Source: Synergistaceae bacterium
GTDB lineage: Bacteria; Synergistota; Synergistia; Synergistales; Aminobacteriaceae
NCBI GenBank assembly: GCA_009783355.1
Contig: WRHH01000004.1
Coordinates: 32,852 to 96,851, forward strand
Direction: 5' to 3'
Length of the DNA stretch: 64,000 nt
The translations under genes were made by a program, and so were the position numbers. Shown here one piece after another: positions 47,561 through 56,480 of the stretch. The notes under the pieces were generated by a model. It made no database searches, was not told the DNA's origin, and saw nothing but the letters and a program-made list of their open reading frames with translations. Positions within the stretch are counted from its first letter, which is position 1. Each line of letters starts with the position of its first letter.

Positions 47561-48269
47561 CGTAATTTTGAGAGTGTCGAACATTTCCTGCTATTACGGG
47601 CAGATGCAGGCGGTCAAAGACATGTCGCTTGAGGTCCGGCGCGGGGAAATAGTTGCCATTATCGGGGCGAACGGAGCGGGCAAATCGACGCTCATGAAGT
47701 CTATAGCCGGACTCGTTGCTCCGCGCAGAGGAACTATCGAATTCGAGGGTGCAAAAATAACAGGCGCCCCGGCGAACAGGCTGATCCGAAAGGGTATAAG
47801 CTACGTACCTGAAGGGCGCAGGCTTTTTGCGAATCTCTCCGTGCGTGAGAACCTTGAGCTTGGCGCCTTTGTGGAAAAAGATAATAAAAAGATAAAAGAT
47901 AGGCTGGACGAAATCTTTGAACTTTTCCCAATCCTAAAAGAGCGGGAACACCAGAGAGCTCATACGATGAGCGGCGGAGAGCAGCAAATGTGCGCGATAG
48001 CGCGCGGCTTGATGAGCGCGCCAAAGCTGCTGATGCTGGACGAGCTTTCGCTAGGGTTGATGCCGAGCCTCGTCGAAAAAGTAATGGAGTCCGTCGTAGC
48101 TATTAACAAAAAGGGCGTATCTATTCTGTTGGTGGAACAGATGGTTCAGGAGGCTCTCGAAATCTCAGCCAGGGGATACGTAGCGCAAGTCGGCAGGATC
48201 GTACGCGAAGGAACGGCAAAAGAGCTGCTGGATTCGGACGAAGTCCGCCGCGCTTATATGGGAATGTGA
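47553..48269 (+). CDS. livF: Branched-chain amino acid ABC ATP-binding protein
   Basis: Start at MSDVILRV (RBS GGAGGAGGGG). GANGAGKST, LSGGEQQM, LLMLDE. Overlaps livG by 8 bp. Confidence 0.8.
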   Translation: MSDVILRVSNISCYYGQMQAVKDMSLEVRRGEIVAIIGANGAGKSTLMKSIAGLVAPRRGTIEFEGAKITGAPANRLIRKGISYVPEGRRLFANLSVRENLELGAFVEKDNKKIKDRLDEIFELFPILKEREHQRAHTMSGGEQQMCAIARGLMSAPKLLMLDELSLGLMPSLVEKVMESVVAINKKGVSILLVEQMVQEALEISARGYVAQVGRIVREGTAKELLDSDEVRRAYMGM

Positions 48270-48278
48270 AAAAATACA

Positions 48279-48326
48279 GTGGCGAGTGGCGAGAAAAGAC
48301 AAAAGACAAAAGACAAGACAAAAGAT
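48279..48326. repeat. Heptamer arrays (GTGGCGA x2, AAAAGAC x4) directly after the livF stop
   Basis: gtggcgagtggcgagaaaagacaaaagacaaaagacaagacaaaagat. Confidence 0.7.
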
Positions 48327-48345
48327 TGAGCAAGAGAAGAAAGGG

Positions 48346-48389
48346 CTTTATAGGGGAGGCATTATTCCTCCCCTATAAAGTCTTTTTTT
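48346..48389 (+). terminator. Rho-independent terminator after livF
   Basis: Hairpin ctttataggggagg-cattatt-cctcccctataaag followed by TCTTTTTTT. Confidence 0.75.
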
Positions 48390-48478
48390 ACTACATTTTT
48401 ACGAATTCATCGACGTTCAAGGCGACAATTCAAAGTTTTTAACAATGTTCTAACCGGCAACCCAATGTCTTTGGCAAC

Positions 48479-48618
48479 AGGCGGCTGTAACAAAAGTAGT
48501 ATATTAGCTAGTCGAACCACAATATATAGTGGTCAAGCGGCATAATGAACACAATATATTGTAGGGGCGGCATTCTGCCGCCAGCTTTTGTTACAGCCCC
48601 GCTTTTGTTACAGCCCCC
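48479..48618. mobile_element. MITE-like element copy 2 (inverted relative to copy 1; right TIR tandemly duplicated)
   Basis: ggctgtaacaaaag ... ggggcggcattctgccgcc ... cttttgttacagccccgcttttgttacagcccc. Reverse complement aligns with 23079..23198. Confidence 0.75.
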
Positions 48619-48709
48619 TAACTAAGCTATATTTGACAACTCGAAGTCTTGAGGATTTTCTTTTGTCTTTAACTCCACACTCCACACCAATGTCATTAAG
48701 TTAAGTAAA

Positions 48710-48830
48710 AAAGACTCTGGATTACCATGAAAGTAATCAAAAGGCAAAAACTAAAAGACCACTGGATTGCCGCGCCGCAAAAAGACGCGGGCGTAAAGAG
48801 CGGCTTCGCCGAGGCGCAAAGACGATTAGG
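48710..48830. repeat. Structured intergenic repeat element, copy B
   Basis: 81-bp core with 4 mismatches against 14076..14156, followed by a related cgcaaagacg(a)ttagg segment. Confidence 0.7.
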
Positions 48831-48943
48831 GTGTATTTTGCGATGCAATTTTGTGTCCATTGGGGTGTTATATGTCAAAAAAGCTTCGCCTATTATATGC
48901 ACATAGCAGAAAATGCTTTGAGTTTTAATAGGAGGTCGAAACT

Positions 48944-49933
48944 ATGGACAGTTTGCTCAAATTCGTAAAAGCTTATGTGAAATCTATGCGGCTTTATTAT
49001 GCCTTCATTACGGGCATATCCGGATGGGTGGGAGTTTCGTTTTACGAATACGTTACGCCCGTTCACTACTCCAATATACAGGTAATGCCTTCAGCAGAAA
49101 AGAAATTGATAATATTAACGTTTCTATTCATGTGTTGGGGAATTAACCAGATATTCAACGACTATATGGGGCTTGCGGAGGGCAGAATTAACGCCCCGAA
49201 CAGACCGATGGTGACGGGAGAGCTTAACGCCGCCGCCTCTTTACTTCTTTCCACTGTCCTTCTCGCTGCTGTTTCGCTCGCCACTTATTATTACCTTGAG
49301 CCGCTTGCCCTGTTTCCGTTGCTGACAGGAGTGGGGCTGAACTTCATCTATGAGCACGCAAAGGGATACGGAATACTAGGTAACATCGTCTATGGCCTGA
49401 CTATAAGCTCTTGTTCGGTGTTCGGTTTTCTGGCCTGCGGCCCTGTTGCCCACCCGCTTTTTACGAAAGAAAGAGTTTCAATACTGGTCATGATGTGGCT
49501 GCTGAACGCATTGATGACATATTTCACATACTTCAAGGACTATGAAGGCGATAAAGCTGCAGGCAAAAGAACCATCATCGTCAAATATGGCCTTGAGAAA
49601 TCCAAATTGTTCGGCGTGATTTCCTCTTTTCTGCCCTCTGTGACTTTTATCGCAATCTACATGAGTGGTTGCATCACAGTGCCTTTAACGCCAACGTTCT
49701 GGATCCTTGCAATTCTAACATTATTCCTTGAACTATGGAATGCCTGCCTCTACTACGTAAACCCGGGTGAAGAAAAAACGTCCTATTCTCTCGCGACGAA
49801 CACTCGCGCCTGTGTGTGCGGACAGACGACGTTCATAGCAATTTACGCTCCTCAGCTTGCTACGCTCCTGTTTCTTGTGAGTTACATCTTTATTGGATTC
49901 TTGTTTGACTTGCACAAGAATTCGAAAGAATAG
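48944..49933 (+). CDS. UbiA-family membrane prenyltransferase
   Basis: 329 aa, about 9 TM segments. FNDYMGLAEGRINAPNRP (a variant of the first Asp-rich motif) and KDYEGDKAAGKRT (second DxxxD). Confidence 0.6.
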   Translation: MDSLLKFVKAYVKSMRLYYAFITGISGWVGVSFYEYVTPVHYSNIQVMPSAEKKLIILTFLFMCWGINQIFNDYMGLAEGRINAPNRPMVTGELNAAASLLLSTVLLAAVSLATYYYLEPLALFPLLTGVGLNFIYEHAKGYGILGNIVYGLTISSCSVFGFLACGPVAHPLFTKERVSILVMMWLLNALMTYFTYFKDYEGDKAAGKRTIIVKYGLEKSKLFGVISSFLPSVTFIAIYMSGCITVPLTPTFWILAILTLFLELWNACLYYVNPGEEKTSYSLATNTRACVCGQTTFIAIYAPQLATLLFLVSYIFIGFLFDLHKNSKE

Positions 49934-49988
49934 AATGTACAAATTGCAATTTATGCACAGTAATGGTTGACAGCAAACAAACTTTAAA

Positions 49989-50264
49989 ATGCTATGGAGG
50001 TGTTGGTTCATGGAACAGAGAGTAATTGACGTAGTGGAAAATTGCAGGCCCAAAAGCGGCGGGAGCATTTCACTCAAGACGGATATTCAAAACGACCTCG
50101 AATTCGAGTCGCTGGATATGATAATGCTGGGAAACGAGCTGGAAGAGGAGTTTGGCGTCATTATCCGGGACGAGGATTTAAAAGGTGTCAGGACAGTGAG
50201 CGATATTATCGGAAAAATTGAAAATTTACTCAAGAACGGAGAGATTTGTTATGAAACAGTTTGA
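49989..50264 (+). CDS. Acyl carrier protein-like
   Basis: 91 aa. DLEFESLDMIMLGNELEEEFG with a phosphopantetheinyl Ser in ESLD. Confidence 0.6.
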   Translation: MLWRCWFMEQRVIDVVENCRPKSGGSISLKTDIQNDLEFESLDMIMLGNELEEEFGVIIRDEDLKGVRTVSDIIGKIENLLKNGEICYETV

Positions 50265-51390
50265 ACAGATGAAGGCTCTTATAGAGGAAATGAACTTCAA
50301 TCCATATTATAACGTGGTAAACGGTGACAATTATATTGACCTCGCATCCAACAATTACCTCGGGTTGGCTAAAGCGGAGACTGTAAAGAAGGCAGCCATG
50401 GCAGCTATTGATAAATATGGTACATCCATGTGCGGATCACCGGTGGCGAACGGTTACATCAACCTGTTTCGCGTTACTGAAAGAAGGCTGGCGGAATTTC
50501 TCGGGACGGACGACGCGCTCATTTTTCCTTCCTGTTATCAGGCAAACACGGGAATATTCACAGCGCTTGCCGGTGACGAAGATCATATTATCGTGGATAC
50601 GCGCGCACATTCCTCCATCATGCAGGGAATAAAGGGCGTCAGGTGCAAAGTTAGTCCGTTTCGGCACAATGACATGGAGCATCTGGAGAAAATACTTTCC
50701 CGTAGCGGCTCATACGCGCGTAAATTCGTCGTCACTGATTCCGTCTTTTCGACGGACGGGAGCGTCGCGCCTATAGACGCGGTTGTGGAACTGTGCCGAC
50801 GCTATGACGCAACGCCCATCGTGGACGATTCGCACGGGTTCGGCGTATTTGGCGAAACCGGACGCGGAGTTCTGGAGCATTTCGGTATCAAGGATTTCGG
50901 TGGAATTTTCACAGCCTCGCTCGCAAAAGCCTTTGCGAACAACGGAGGAGTTCTCGCAGGCAGTTTCGAGACCGTTGAATATCTGCGCCTCTGCTGCCCT
51001 CACCTCGCTTACTCAACTGCCGTGCCGCCCGCGATACTCGGCGGAATTCTGGGCGCGCTCGAAGCCATAGAAAAGGATTTCACACAGATTAGCAAGAGAA
51101 TGTGGGATTACCGGAAAAGAGTTCGCGCAAGCGTCATGGAGGCGGGAATGACTCTACTGGATGGCGCCTCGCCCATCAACGCAGTTTTCACAGGAAACCC
51201 CAGAAACACGTTGCTGCTAAGCAAGGAGCTTTATGAAGAGGGCATTCTTTCAATGGCGTTCGTCGAGCCGTCGGTACCGCAGGGCGAGTGTCTCGTGCGC
51301 CTCGTGGCAAGCGCGGGGCTTTCGGAAGCCCATATTGACAGGGCTTGCGATATTATCGAGGACTGCAAATGCGTTACTTCCTGGTCATGA
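50251..51390 (+). CDS. PLP-dependent alpha-oxoamine synthase family enzyme (serine palmitoyltransferase / BioF / KBL-like)
   Basis: DDSHGFGVFG and the PLP-lysine motif FTASLAKAF. Start at MKQFEQ, with a GGAGAG RBS. Overlaps the ACP gene. Confidence 0.7.
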   Translation: MKQFEQMKALIEEMNFNPYYNVVNGDNYIDLASNNYLGLAKAETVKKAAMAAIDKYGTSMCGSPVANGYINLFRVTERRLAEFLGTDDALIFPSCYQANTGIFTALAGDEDHIIVDTRAHSSIMQGIKGVRCKVSPFRHNDMEHLEKILSRSGSYARKFVVTDSVFSTDGSVAPIDAVVELCRRYDATPIVDDSHGFGVFGETGRGVLEHFGIKDFGGIFTASLAKAFANNGGVLAGSFETVEYLRLCCPHLAYSTAVPPAILGGILGALEAIEKDFTQISKRMWDYRKRVRASVMEAGMTLLDGASPINAVFTGNPRNTLLLSKELYEEGILSMAFVEPSVPQGECLVRLVASAGLSEAHIDRACDIIEDCKCVTSWS

Positions 51391-51782
51391 ACCCCGCCTC
51401 ACGCGGTGGGAAGAGCGCGGGCTTCTTTGAGCTGATTCACAAGGACTCAATTTATATCACGGGGAAAATCGGCGCCGGTAACTTGCAGGCGCTGAAAATT
51501 AAAAAGCGCTTCACGCTGAGAAATGCCGAAGCGGAGGTCGTGCGTCAACACGCCACATCCTGCATCGACACCAGCGACGGAGCCTGGAACGCCGTTAACC
51601 TTATAGCGGCGCAGAGCAAAGTCGGGTACGAACTGCACGACCTGCCCTACGACGCTACGGGGCTCCGTATCACAAATACCTTGGGCTGGCCGAAAGAGTT
51701 GCTGTTTTTTGAGAAGGCGGCGAATTTGAGCTACTATTCACTTCGCCGCAAGAACTCCCGTTTCGCAAAATCGGCATCATAA
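51369..51782 (+). CDS. Short lipid-kinase-like (DAGK catalytic-type) protein, possibly truncated
   Basis: YFLVMNPASRGGKS resembles the DAGK_cat N-terminus, and TSDGAWNAV resembles GGDGT. Only about 137 aa. Confidence 0.3.
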   Translation: MRYFLVMNPASRGGKSAGFFELIHKDSIYITGKIGAGNLQALKIKKRFTLRNAEAEVVRQHATSCIDTSDGAWNAVNLIAAQSKVGYELHDLPYDATGLRITNTLGWPKELLFFEKAANLSYYSLRRKNSRFAKSAS

Positions 51783-51946
51783 CGAAAAGTTCAAAGACCT
51801 TGGACGGCAAGGATATATCGTCGTTCGACCTGAGCGCGCGGCAATTTGAGAACGTCCAGCATTATGTCGAGGCGGTGAAAGAAAAATGCGCTTCACTAAT
51901 GCTAATGTAACAACGAATCAACATAAGTTCAAGGAGCTGAAATGGA

Positions 51947-52237
51947 ATGAATGACAGATACAATCTTGATGAACCGGCTGCGAAGAAGCCGGAACCCGGT
52001 CAAGTTAATGAAATAAGACAAAATGGGTGTGGGTGTTTTATAGCTATAGTTATATTTATATTCATGTGGGTTATGGCTTTTTTTTATGATCACCGGACGG
52101 GATTTAGGACTTTAAGCCTCTTATCTGAAATTGCAAAATTTGCGGGGAGCCTTATAGGCGCGCGATGCGATGCAACCGGCGTTGGGTTCCCCGGTTTGTT
52201 TTTGCTGCCACTGCTTTTCATTCGAAATCGAAAATAA
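51947..52237 (+). CDS. Small hypothetical membrane protein
   Basis: 96 aa, one or two TM segments. Confidence 0.35.
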   Translation: MNDRYNLDEPAAKKPEPGQVNEIRQNGCGCFIAIVIFIFMWVMAFFYDHRTGFRTLSLLSEIAKFAGSLIGARCDATGVGFPGLFLLPLLFIRNRK

Positions 52238-52331
52238 AGGAGTTGAATAAATTGAATAATGGAGACGATTTTACGGAAAATGCGCCGAAGGAACATTTAA
52301 ATATTCAAACTATTGATTTCATCGCGCGAGG

Positions 52332-53324
52332 ATGTGTAAAACAATGAGCAAAATTTTAATAACCGGCGGGACGGGGTTTATTGGCAGCCATATCGTCGAA
52401 TACTTCCGCGAGATGGGCGAGGATATCCGTACCATTACGCGGCAGGACGCCGATCTGCGCGACGCGGACAGCGTATTGAGAGCTATAAATGGCGCCGACT
52501 GCGTCATTCATAACGCGGCTTTGGCTGCGGATTGGGGACGATATGGCGATTTTTATGACAACAACGTAACGGGAACGCTGAACGTGCTGAAGGCTTGCGT
52601 CAGGAACGGCGTCGGGCATGTGATAGTTGCAAGCTCGTGCAGCGTATACGGTGAGGAGGACTGCTCTTCGGTCAAGGACGAAAACAGCCATCATAATTCC
52701 CACTACACGTATTTTATGGATAGAGTATTCCCGTGTGCAATGAATTACTATCGCGATACGAAGCGTATCGCGAAGGAAAAGGCTATAGAGTTTTCACGTG
52801 AGCACAAGCTACCACTCGCTCTCATTGAACCGGTCTGGGTGTACGGCGAACGCGAGTTTCACACAGGCTTCTACGATTACCTCAAGGCAGCGCGGGACGG
52901 GCTTCCTTTCTGCATGGGGAGCAGGAAGAACAAATTTCACGTCGTCTACGCGCGCGACCTGGCGAGAGCGTATTACCTCGCGTATAAAGCAAAGGCGGAA
53001 GGAAGCTTCATCATAGGAAACCGTGAGGTCGCCGACATGGAAGAGATTTTTTCGCTCTTTTGCAGCGAGGCGGGAGTCGTGAAACCGCGCCGTGCGCCAA
53101 AGGCGCTGATGTACCCCATAGGGTTCGTTCTCGAACTTTTATGGACGGTTTTCGGGGCAAAAAAGCCGCCCTTTATGACGAGAGGCAGGGTCAATATTTT
53201 TTACGACAGCGTCCTATATGGCGTCCAAAAAGCCAAGGACGTTTTGGGGTTCGAGAGCGAGTACACGCTCGCGCAGGGAATAAAAAACACGGTAAGCTGG
53301 TATAAAAAGGAGGGTTACCTATGA
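52332..53324 (+). CDS. NAD-dependent epimerase/dehydratase (extended SDR)
   Basis: GGTGFIGSH Rossmann motif. YRDTK catalytic YxxxK. Confidence 0.75.
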   Translation: MCKTMSKILITGGTGFIGSHIVEYFREMGEDIRTITRQDADLRDADSVLRAINGADCVIHNAALAADWGRYGDFYDNNVTGTLNVLKACVRNGVGHVIVASSCSVYGEEDCSSVKDENSHHNSHYTYFMDRVFPCAMNYYRDTKRIAKEKAIEFSREHKLPLALIEPVWVYGEREFHTGFYDYLKAARDGLPFCMGSRKNKFHVVYARDLARAYYLAYKAKAEGSFIIGNREVADMEEIFSLFCSEAGVVKPRRAPKALMYPIGFVLELLWTVFGAKKPPFMTRGRVNIFYDSVLYGVQKAKDVLGFESEYTLAQGIKNTVSWYKKEGYL

Positions 53325-54601
53325 ATATGAGCGCAAGTATTTTAATGAAACTCAAAGTATTTACCCATTATCTGCCGCTTCTCCTCAAGGGCGAAATGTC
53401 ATTCAGGCGTTTTGTTGCGTTTATGCGTAGGATGTCGTTTTTCCTCTCGAAAATGGGTCATAATAAATTTGTCAAATTTAACGGAGGCACGCGGTTCGGT
53501 TTCTATATCCCGACTTACCCGTCGAGGGCTTTTTGCACGACGACGGATAAATTCAGGACTTTCGAAGGTAAATTTCCATGTATCAACGTTCTCCTGTCCG
53601 TTACGTCGGCGTGTATGCACAAATGCGAGTATTGCTATCAGAGGCGGGACGCAGGCGCGGACATGGATCTTGACTTGCTTATAGCAACGGCGCGGAAACT
53701 TCAGGATATGGGTATAGCGCTTTTCAGTATTGAGGGCGGCGAGCCGTTTCTGAGGTACGACAGGCTGAAAGCTTTGTGCAACGCTATCGATGACCGTTCG
53801 GAGATTTGGGTCAACTCAAACGGCTGGGGCATGACCGTAGAGAGATTAAAAGAGCTCCGGATAGCAGCTGTGACTTTTTCTCTGCACCATCCCGAGCCCG
53901 AGGCTTTTAACAAGTTCATGGGGAACGAGCAGGCATGGGCCCACATGGAACAAGGCATCAAAGCGTGCCATGAAGCGGGCGTCCCCGTGACGTTCAACAC
54001 CTGTCTGATGAAAGAGGCGTTCTACGACGGAACTTTCGAGAAGGTCATGGATTACGCAAAAGAACAGGGAGTCCTGATGATACAGTTGATAAAACCAAAA
54101 CCTGCGGGCGGCTGGCTCTTAAATGACGAACTCCTCTTTTCGGAGGAGGACATGAAGGCTGCAAAAGTGAAGATCCACATGTACAATAAGGACAAAAAGT
54201 ACTCGGCGTTCCCCGCTATCAGCGCGCAAATAATCGAAGAGCAGCCGGACGTGTTTGGCTGCACTGCGGGCGGTACGGACAGGTTTTATATTAACGCAAA
54301 GGGCGACGTCCAGCCGTGCGAGTTTCTGAACATCTCGTTCGGCAATATCGCAGACGAAAAATTCGAGGACATCTACGACAGGATGAGAGCATGTTTTGAA
54401 ACTCCGGGAGAACGCATCCTGTGCGAAGAGGCGGCAAAAAAGATAGCAGCGCTATACAAACAGCATAATTTGAACTCCCTGCCGCTTCCGCCCGAACTCT
54501 CGAAGCAGGTCTACGAAGAATGGGACAGAGGCGCGGCAACGGAGTTGTATAGAATAACAGTTGCGAGTGGCGAGTTGCGAGTTGCGAGTGAAAGACCTTA
54601 A
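53321..54601 (+). CDS. Radical SAM protein with SPASM-like C-terminal domain
   Basis: CMHKCEYC (CxxxCxxC). C-terminal Cys cluster GCTAGGTDRFYINAKGDVQPCEF. The last 13 codons (VASGELRVASERP) are encoded by the heptamer array. Confidence 0.75.
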   Translation: MNMSASILMKLKVFTHYLPLLLKGEMSFRRFVAFMRRMSFFLSKMGHNKFVKFNGGTRFGFYIPTYPSRAFCTTTDKFRTFEGKFPCINVLLSVTSACMHKCEYCYQRRDAGADMDLDLLIATARKLQDMGIALFSIEGGEPFLRYDRLKALCNAIDDRSEIWVNSNGWGMTVERLKELRIAAVTFSLHHPEPEAFNKFMGNEQAWAHMEQGIKACHEAGVPVTFNTCLMKEAFYDGTFEKVMDYAKEQGVLMIQLIKPKPAGGWLLNDELLFSEEDMKAAKVKIHMYNKDKKYSAFPAISAQIIEEQPDVFGCTAGGTDRFYINAKGDVQPCEFLNISFGNIADEKFEDIYDRMRACFETPGERILCEEAAKKIAALYKQHNLNSLPLPPELSKQVYEEWDRGAATELYRITVASGELRVASERP

Positions 54602-54686
54602 AAACAGTTGCGAGTTGCGAGTGGCGAGTGAAAGGCAAAAGACAGAGGCAAGAGGCTTCCATTGAACATTGTGCATTGAACATTGA
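54559..54686. repeat. Heptamer arrays (GTTGCGA/GTGGCGA x about 8; CATTGAA x4) with a GAAAGGCAAAAGA box
   Basis: gttgcgagtggcgagttgcgagttgcgagtgaaagacc...gttgcgagttgcgagtggcgagtgaaaggcaaaagacagagg...cattgaacattgtgcattgaacattgaa. Confidence 0.7.
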
Positions 54687-55141
54687 AAGCTATTGATTAT
54701 GCAAAGAATAACAGATACCTTAAAAATACTTATGCTATTGAGGAACTGGACAATCTCTCGAAATGGGGTAAAAAAACTAATTTATTTATAGTGATATTCG
54801 TTTACGTTTTACTGTTAGTATTGTTTGTGTGGATTATAAGGCTTATCAGCCGTTACTGGGATAAAGAAACAACGAAGTTTGTGCTGTGCAGTTTTTCGAC
54901 TTTTGCGATTATGGGACTACTATTTTATCTTTTCAGAGCGTCGTATGTTTATTTCGATTTGTCAGGAGTATTAACAGCTAGCTCGTTGACCCTAGGACTT
55001 ATGTTGATGATATCTAAGCTCGCGGGATGGAAAAATGTGAAGAAGTTTATATTGCATTGTTTCCTGATTCTTGTGATTGGGACGCTGACTTATATGTCAT
55101 ACATTATTTATGTAATTATCCATACTTTGATGGGTTTTTGA
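54683..55141 (+). CDS. Hypothetical membrane protein
   Basis: 152 aa, 4 TM segments. Confidence 0.4.
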   Translation: MKAIDYAKNNRYLKNTYAIEELDNLSKWGKKTNLFIVIFVYVLLLVLFVWIIRLISRYWDKETTKFVLCSFSTFAIMGLLFYLFRASYVYFDLSGVLTASSLTLGLMLMISKLAGWKNVKKFILHCFLILVIGTLTYMSYIIYVIIHTLMGF

Positions 55142-55175
55142 CGTCATTTTCCAACCCTTAACAAAATATTCCCGC

Positions 55176-55236
55176 CCCCTTGACAACATTTAAGACGAGT
55201 GTATTATATAGTATAAGGCGTATGTCTTAGATATTA
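55176..55236 (+). promoter_or_regulatory. Promoter/operator-like region, copy 1 of a duplicated pair
   Basis: cttgacaacatttaagacgagtgtattatatagtataaggcgtatgtcttagatattaatggaggtgg parallels the region upstream of blaI at 56040..56108. Inverted taagac...gtctta. Confidence 0.45.
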
Positions 55237-55971
55237 ATGGAGGTGGAAATTATGTACACTGCTAAGAGAAAAATAATCATGGCAATATTTTGCACGGCGC
55301 TGCTCGTTGCCTTCGGGGCGGGTTTTGCGGGTCGAAGTTCGGCAGCGGTAGGAGACGTTATCAAACTCGGCGGATTTGATTGGCGCGTGCTCGAAGTGAA
55401 GGATGGAAACGCCCTCATCATAAGCGACAAAATATTGTCGAAGGGCGCGTACAATATACCGGATAAAGGTGTGTTGTACGATTCATTGGGTTCAGTCTGG
55501 CAGGATACCCCCGTTAAATGGGAAGAATGTACTTTGCGGCAATATCTGAACGGGCAGTTTTATGATTCGACTTTCTCAAATGAAGAAAAGGGACGAATAG
55601 TCGAGACGACGATAGTAAACAATGATAACCCATGGTTCGGTATGGCGGGCGGTAACGACACCACGGACAAAGTGTTTTTGTTGAGCCTTGAGGAAGTAGT
55701 GTTATATTTCGGCGACAGCGGAGAATTGGGGAACCGGCCAAAAGACGCTGACACTATAAACGACAGCTTCAATGAGAAGAGGATTGCAGAAACGCTGGAC
55801 GGCAATGCTTGCAGATGGCTTCTTAGGTCTCCCGGCCTCTTTCACCGCATGTGCGACAGCAACCACGTCTATGCCGGTTGTGTCGCTGTGAACGGATATC
55901 TCTCCGTAATAGGCGAATATGTCCATAATGAATACAGCGGGATTCGCCCCGCGATGTGGATAAAACAATAA
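55237..55971 (+). CDS. Secreted paralog of the BlaR1-like sensor domain (DUF6273-like extracytoplasmic domain)
   Basis: Signal peptide. About 60% identity to residues 340-548 of the 56480 gene. Shared blocks include GDVIKLGGFDWRVL, SNEEKGRIVET, KVFLLS, WLLRSPG and RPAMW. Confidence 0.65.
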   Translation: MEVEIMYTAKRKIIMAIFCTALLVAFGAGFAGRSSAAVGDVIKLGGFDWRVLEVKDGNALIISDKILSKGAYNIPDKGVLYDSLGSVWQDTPVKWEECTLRQYLNGQFYDSTFSNEEKGRIVETTIVNNDNPWFGMAGGNDTTDKVFLLSLEEVVLYFGDSGELGNRPKDADTINDSFNEKRIAETLDGNACRWLLRSPGLFHRMCDSNHVYAGCVAVNGYLSVIGEYVHNEYSGIRPAMWIKQ

Positions 55972-55980
55972 AGACAAAGC

Positions 55981-56019
55981 ACAATGCACAATGTTCAACG
56001 ATTGTGCATTGTTTTTTTT
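55981..56019 (+). terminator. Strong rho-independent terminator built from the GCACAAT heptamer and its inverted copy
   Basis: acaatgcacaat-gttcaacg-attgtgcattgt, then TTTTTTTT. Confidence 0.85.
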
Positions 56020-56108
56020 GATAATGATATAAGACATACGTCATTTTCTATTACTTGACAACATTATAAGACATATGTATTATATGTAACAAATGGAGGT
56101 GGTTTTAT

Positions 56109-56480
56109 ATGAGGAAACTGCCGGATGCGGAGTTTGACATCATGAAAGTGGTTTGGGCAAACGAACCGCCAATCACTACATCCGAAATAATGAAGCAACT
56201 GGGAAATGAAAAGGAGTGGAAGATACAGACCATCGTTTCGCTGATGCTCCGACTGGTTGAAAGGGGCTTTTTGCGCTCGGAAAAACACGGCAAGGAACGC
56301 ACGTATTTTCCGTTGGTGGGCAAGGAGGAATATCTCAAATTTGAGACGGGTAATTTCATCAGGAACTTCCACAATAATTCGTTCCTCAATCTCGTCACAA
56401 CCTTGTATGACGGCGAAACGCTCTGCGAGGAAGATATCAGCGAATTATTAAAATGGGCTAAAGAACGGGGAGAGAAATAA
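56109..56480 (+). CDS. blaI: BlaI/MecI/CopY-family transcriptional repressor
   Basis: 123 aa. LPDAEFDIMKVVWANEPPITTSEIMKQL winged-helix N-terminus. Confidence 0.8.
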   Translation: MRKLPDAEFDIMKVVWANEPPITTSEIMKQLGNEKEWKIQTIVSLMLRLVERGFLRSEKHGKERTYFPLVGKEEYLKFETGNFIRNFHNNSFLNLVTTLYDGETLCEEDISELLKWAKERGEK

